Program-made: the position numbers and the translations under genes
Origin: an uncultured Gammaproteobacteria bacterium
GTDB taxonomy: Bacteria; Patescibacteriota; Patescibacteriia; Buchananbacterales; UBA6539
Assembly: GCA_964497245.1 (NCBI GenBank)
Contig: CAZCCC010000001.1
Span: 10,297-74,296 of the forward strand
Length of the DNA: 64,000 bases
Direction: 5' to 3'
Part shown: positions 62,760-64,000 of the stretch, in pieces
Layout of the letters: every line of letters starts with the position of its first letter
Position numbering within the stretch: position 1 is the first letter of the stretch
The notes under the pieces: generated by a model
What the model saw: only the letters and a program-made list of their open reading frames with translations
The model's database searches: none
Told to the model about the DNA's origin: nothing

Positions 62760-64000
62760 ATGTCTAAGAATGAATGGCTGCCAGTCTGGGAAAGTCGGTC
62801 TTATCCTCCATTTTTAATGACAATAGTTGTTGATGCAACGGTTTTTGGTTTTAAAAAAATTTTTTTAAAAAGCAAAATAAATAGAGGAGTTTGTTATTGG
62901 CAGAATGAAAACGGCAATTATCTCTACTTAGATGATGAAATAAGTCAAACAGTTAAAGCGCTTTTTATAATGGCTGTCAAAAAGCCGAAAGAATTTTTTA
63001 AAATATTTGAGACCGCTTACTTTAAAGCGGTTTTATTCAATAAAGCCTCAAAAAGATACACTAACCGAAGTTGTCGCAATTTGTCTGATGAAGAATTAAT
63101 CAAGTCAATTTTTATTTATTATCAACTATTTTTTGATTTTTATTCCTATGCCACTGTTGCTTCTTGGTTCGGATATAACCAAAATAATCCTCTATATCTC
63201 CAAGCTGAAAAAATTTTAAAGGAAAAAACAGAATTTTGTCCTGACAAAAAAGTTGATTATTTTATAGCTTTAACCAATCCGCCCAAAGCGCTGAAAACGC
63301 TTTTAATGGAAAGAGATATTTTGATTTTTGCCGGACTGACTAAAAGGGCAAAAATAAAAACAGTATCAGGCATTAAAAAAAATTTTAAAAATGATTTAGA
63401 AAATCTTTATAATAAGTATAAATTTTTGTCTTATGATTTTACCGACAGTCTTGGCTGGGATTTAAATTATTTTGCTAAGTTAGTAATTGAAAGCCAAAAA
63501 AGCAATATTACCCAGGAGATAAAAAATATAGATAATTATCAAATAAAATCAGCCAGTGATTTTAAAGCCACGACTAAAAAGTTAGGTTTAAGCCAGGCTC
63601 AAATCAAAATTTTTAATTTAATCAGAAAACTTGGCTATTATAAATGGCTACGTGAATATGAATTTCAGGAAGGGCTTTATAATTTTCAAAATATATCAAT
63701 TGAGCTGGGCAGAAGAACCGGTTTAAAATCACTTGAATCAAAATATGTTATTCAGACTGAATGGCAAAAATTATTAAGAAATAACAAGAAAGCAAAAGAG
63801 ACGGTTAAAACAAGGATGAAAAATTGTCTTTATGATTGCCGTTTCGGTAAAAAGTCAATTTTATTGGACGGGTTAAAAGCCAAGGAAGCATACAAAAGTA
63901 TTAAGCTAGTTGATTTTTCGGATAAAATATTAGACAATAAAATCAAGGGTATGCCGGCTTTTGCTGGTAAGGTAATTGGCAAAGTTCGCTTGGTTAATAA
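62760..64000 (+). CDS. Partial CDS (runs off the window end); a paralog whose sequence at the window end begins a PEP-utilizer mobile domain
   Basis: Open frame from the ATG at 62760 through 64000 without a stop; the last residues KIKGMPAFAGKVIGKVRLVN resemble the start of a swivel domain (cf. GIAASPGIAIGKA). Confidence 0.45.
   Translation, partial: MSKNEWLPVWESRSYPPFLMTIVVDATVFGFKKIFLKSKINRGVCYWQNENGNYLYLDDEISQTVKALFIMAVKKPKEFFKIFETAYFKAVLFNKASKRYTNRSCRNLSDEELIKSIFIYYQLFFDFYSYATVASWFGYNQNNPLYLQAEKILKEKTEFCPDKKVDYFIALTNPPKALKTLLMERDILIFAGLTKRAKIKTVSGIKKNFKNDLENLYNKYKFLSYDFTDSLGWDLNYFAKLVIESQKSNITQEIKNIDNYQIKSASDFKATTKKLGLSQAQIKIFNLIRKLGYYKWLREYEFQEGLYNFQNISIELGRRTGLKSLESKYVIQTEWQKLLRNNKKAKETVKTRMKNCLYDCRFGKKSILLDGLKAKEAYKSIKLVDFSDKILDNKIKGMPAFAGKVIGKVRLVN

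Noticed and set aside
1-64000. rRNA, tRNA and transposase/IS elements
   Set aside because: No GC-rich cloverleaf-like segments, no rRNA-like conserved blocks, no transposase/integrase-like ORFs found on either strand.

Overview
AT-rich, gene-dense window with about 60 protein genes and no rRNA, tRNA or CRISPR array. Nearly all genes sit on the + strand, with many 4-nt ATGA start/stop overlaps. The style fits a small-genome, likely anaerobic, CPR/Patescibacteria-like bacterium (inference from composition and gene content). Almost the whole window is one large cell-surface glycan locus. It holds more than 12 GT4/GT2 glycosyltransferases, two GtrA-like proteins, a Wzx-like flippase, an O-antigen-ligase/TPR protein, a polyprenyl-phosphate hexose-1-P transferase, three GT-C/GT39-like membrane proteins and the rmlABCD genes. 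It also holds a UDP-HexNAc 6-dehydrogenase next to an AsnB-like amidotransferase, a UXS-like decarboxylase, and two NodB deacetylases. Three sub-systems stand out. (i) An intact neuB-neuC-neuA CMP-sialic-acid pathway is followed by two methyltransferases. (ii) A compact sulfation module follows: a sulfotransferase, then a 929-aa tri-domain protein, then a CysQ-type PAP phosphatase. The tri-domain protein fuses a complete pyruvate-kinase A+B catalytic core to ATP sulfurylase and APS kinase. It looks like a PEP-driven, ADP-recycling PAPS synthase, and I regard it as the most novel feature in the window. (iii) A pair of tandem paralogous 465-aa proteins of unknown family may be distantly TagF-like. 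Non-coding findings: an array of at least 5 palindromic CTCTCCC-TTGGTG-GGAGAGG hairpin repeats surrounding a DUF559 (Vsr-like) endonuclease gene at the left edge. A roughly 150-bp structured repeat family is present in three copies (two long, one 47-bp short form) with conserved termini and covarying stems; two copies bracket a GT4-VanZ-GT4 block. There is a near-consensus sigma70 promoter with a duplicated TTGACA box upstream of an excisionase-family HTH gene inside the glycan locus. Two clean bidirectional intrinsic terminators are present. Other genes are desulfoferrodoxin + rubrerythrin, MscS, MurA, a Ctp S41 protease, and an S8 subtilase fused to FG-GAP propeller repeats. At the right edge two tandem paralogous proteins carry C-terminal PEP-utilizing phosphohistidine swivel domains.
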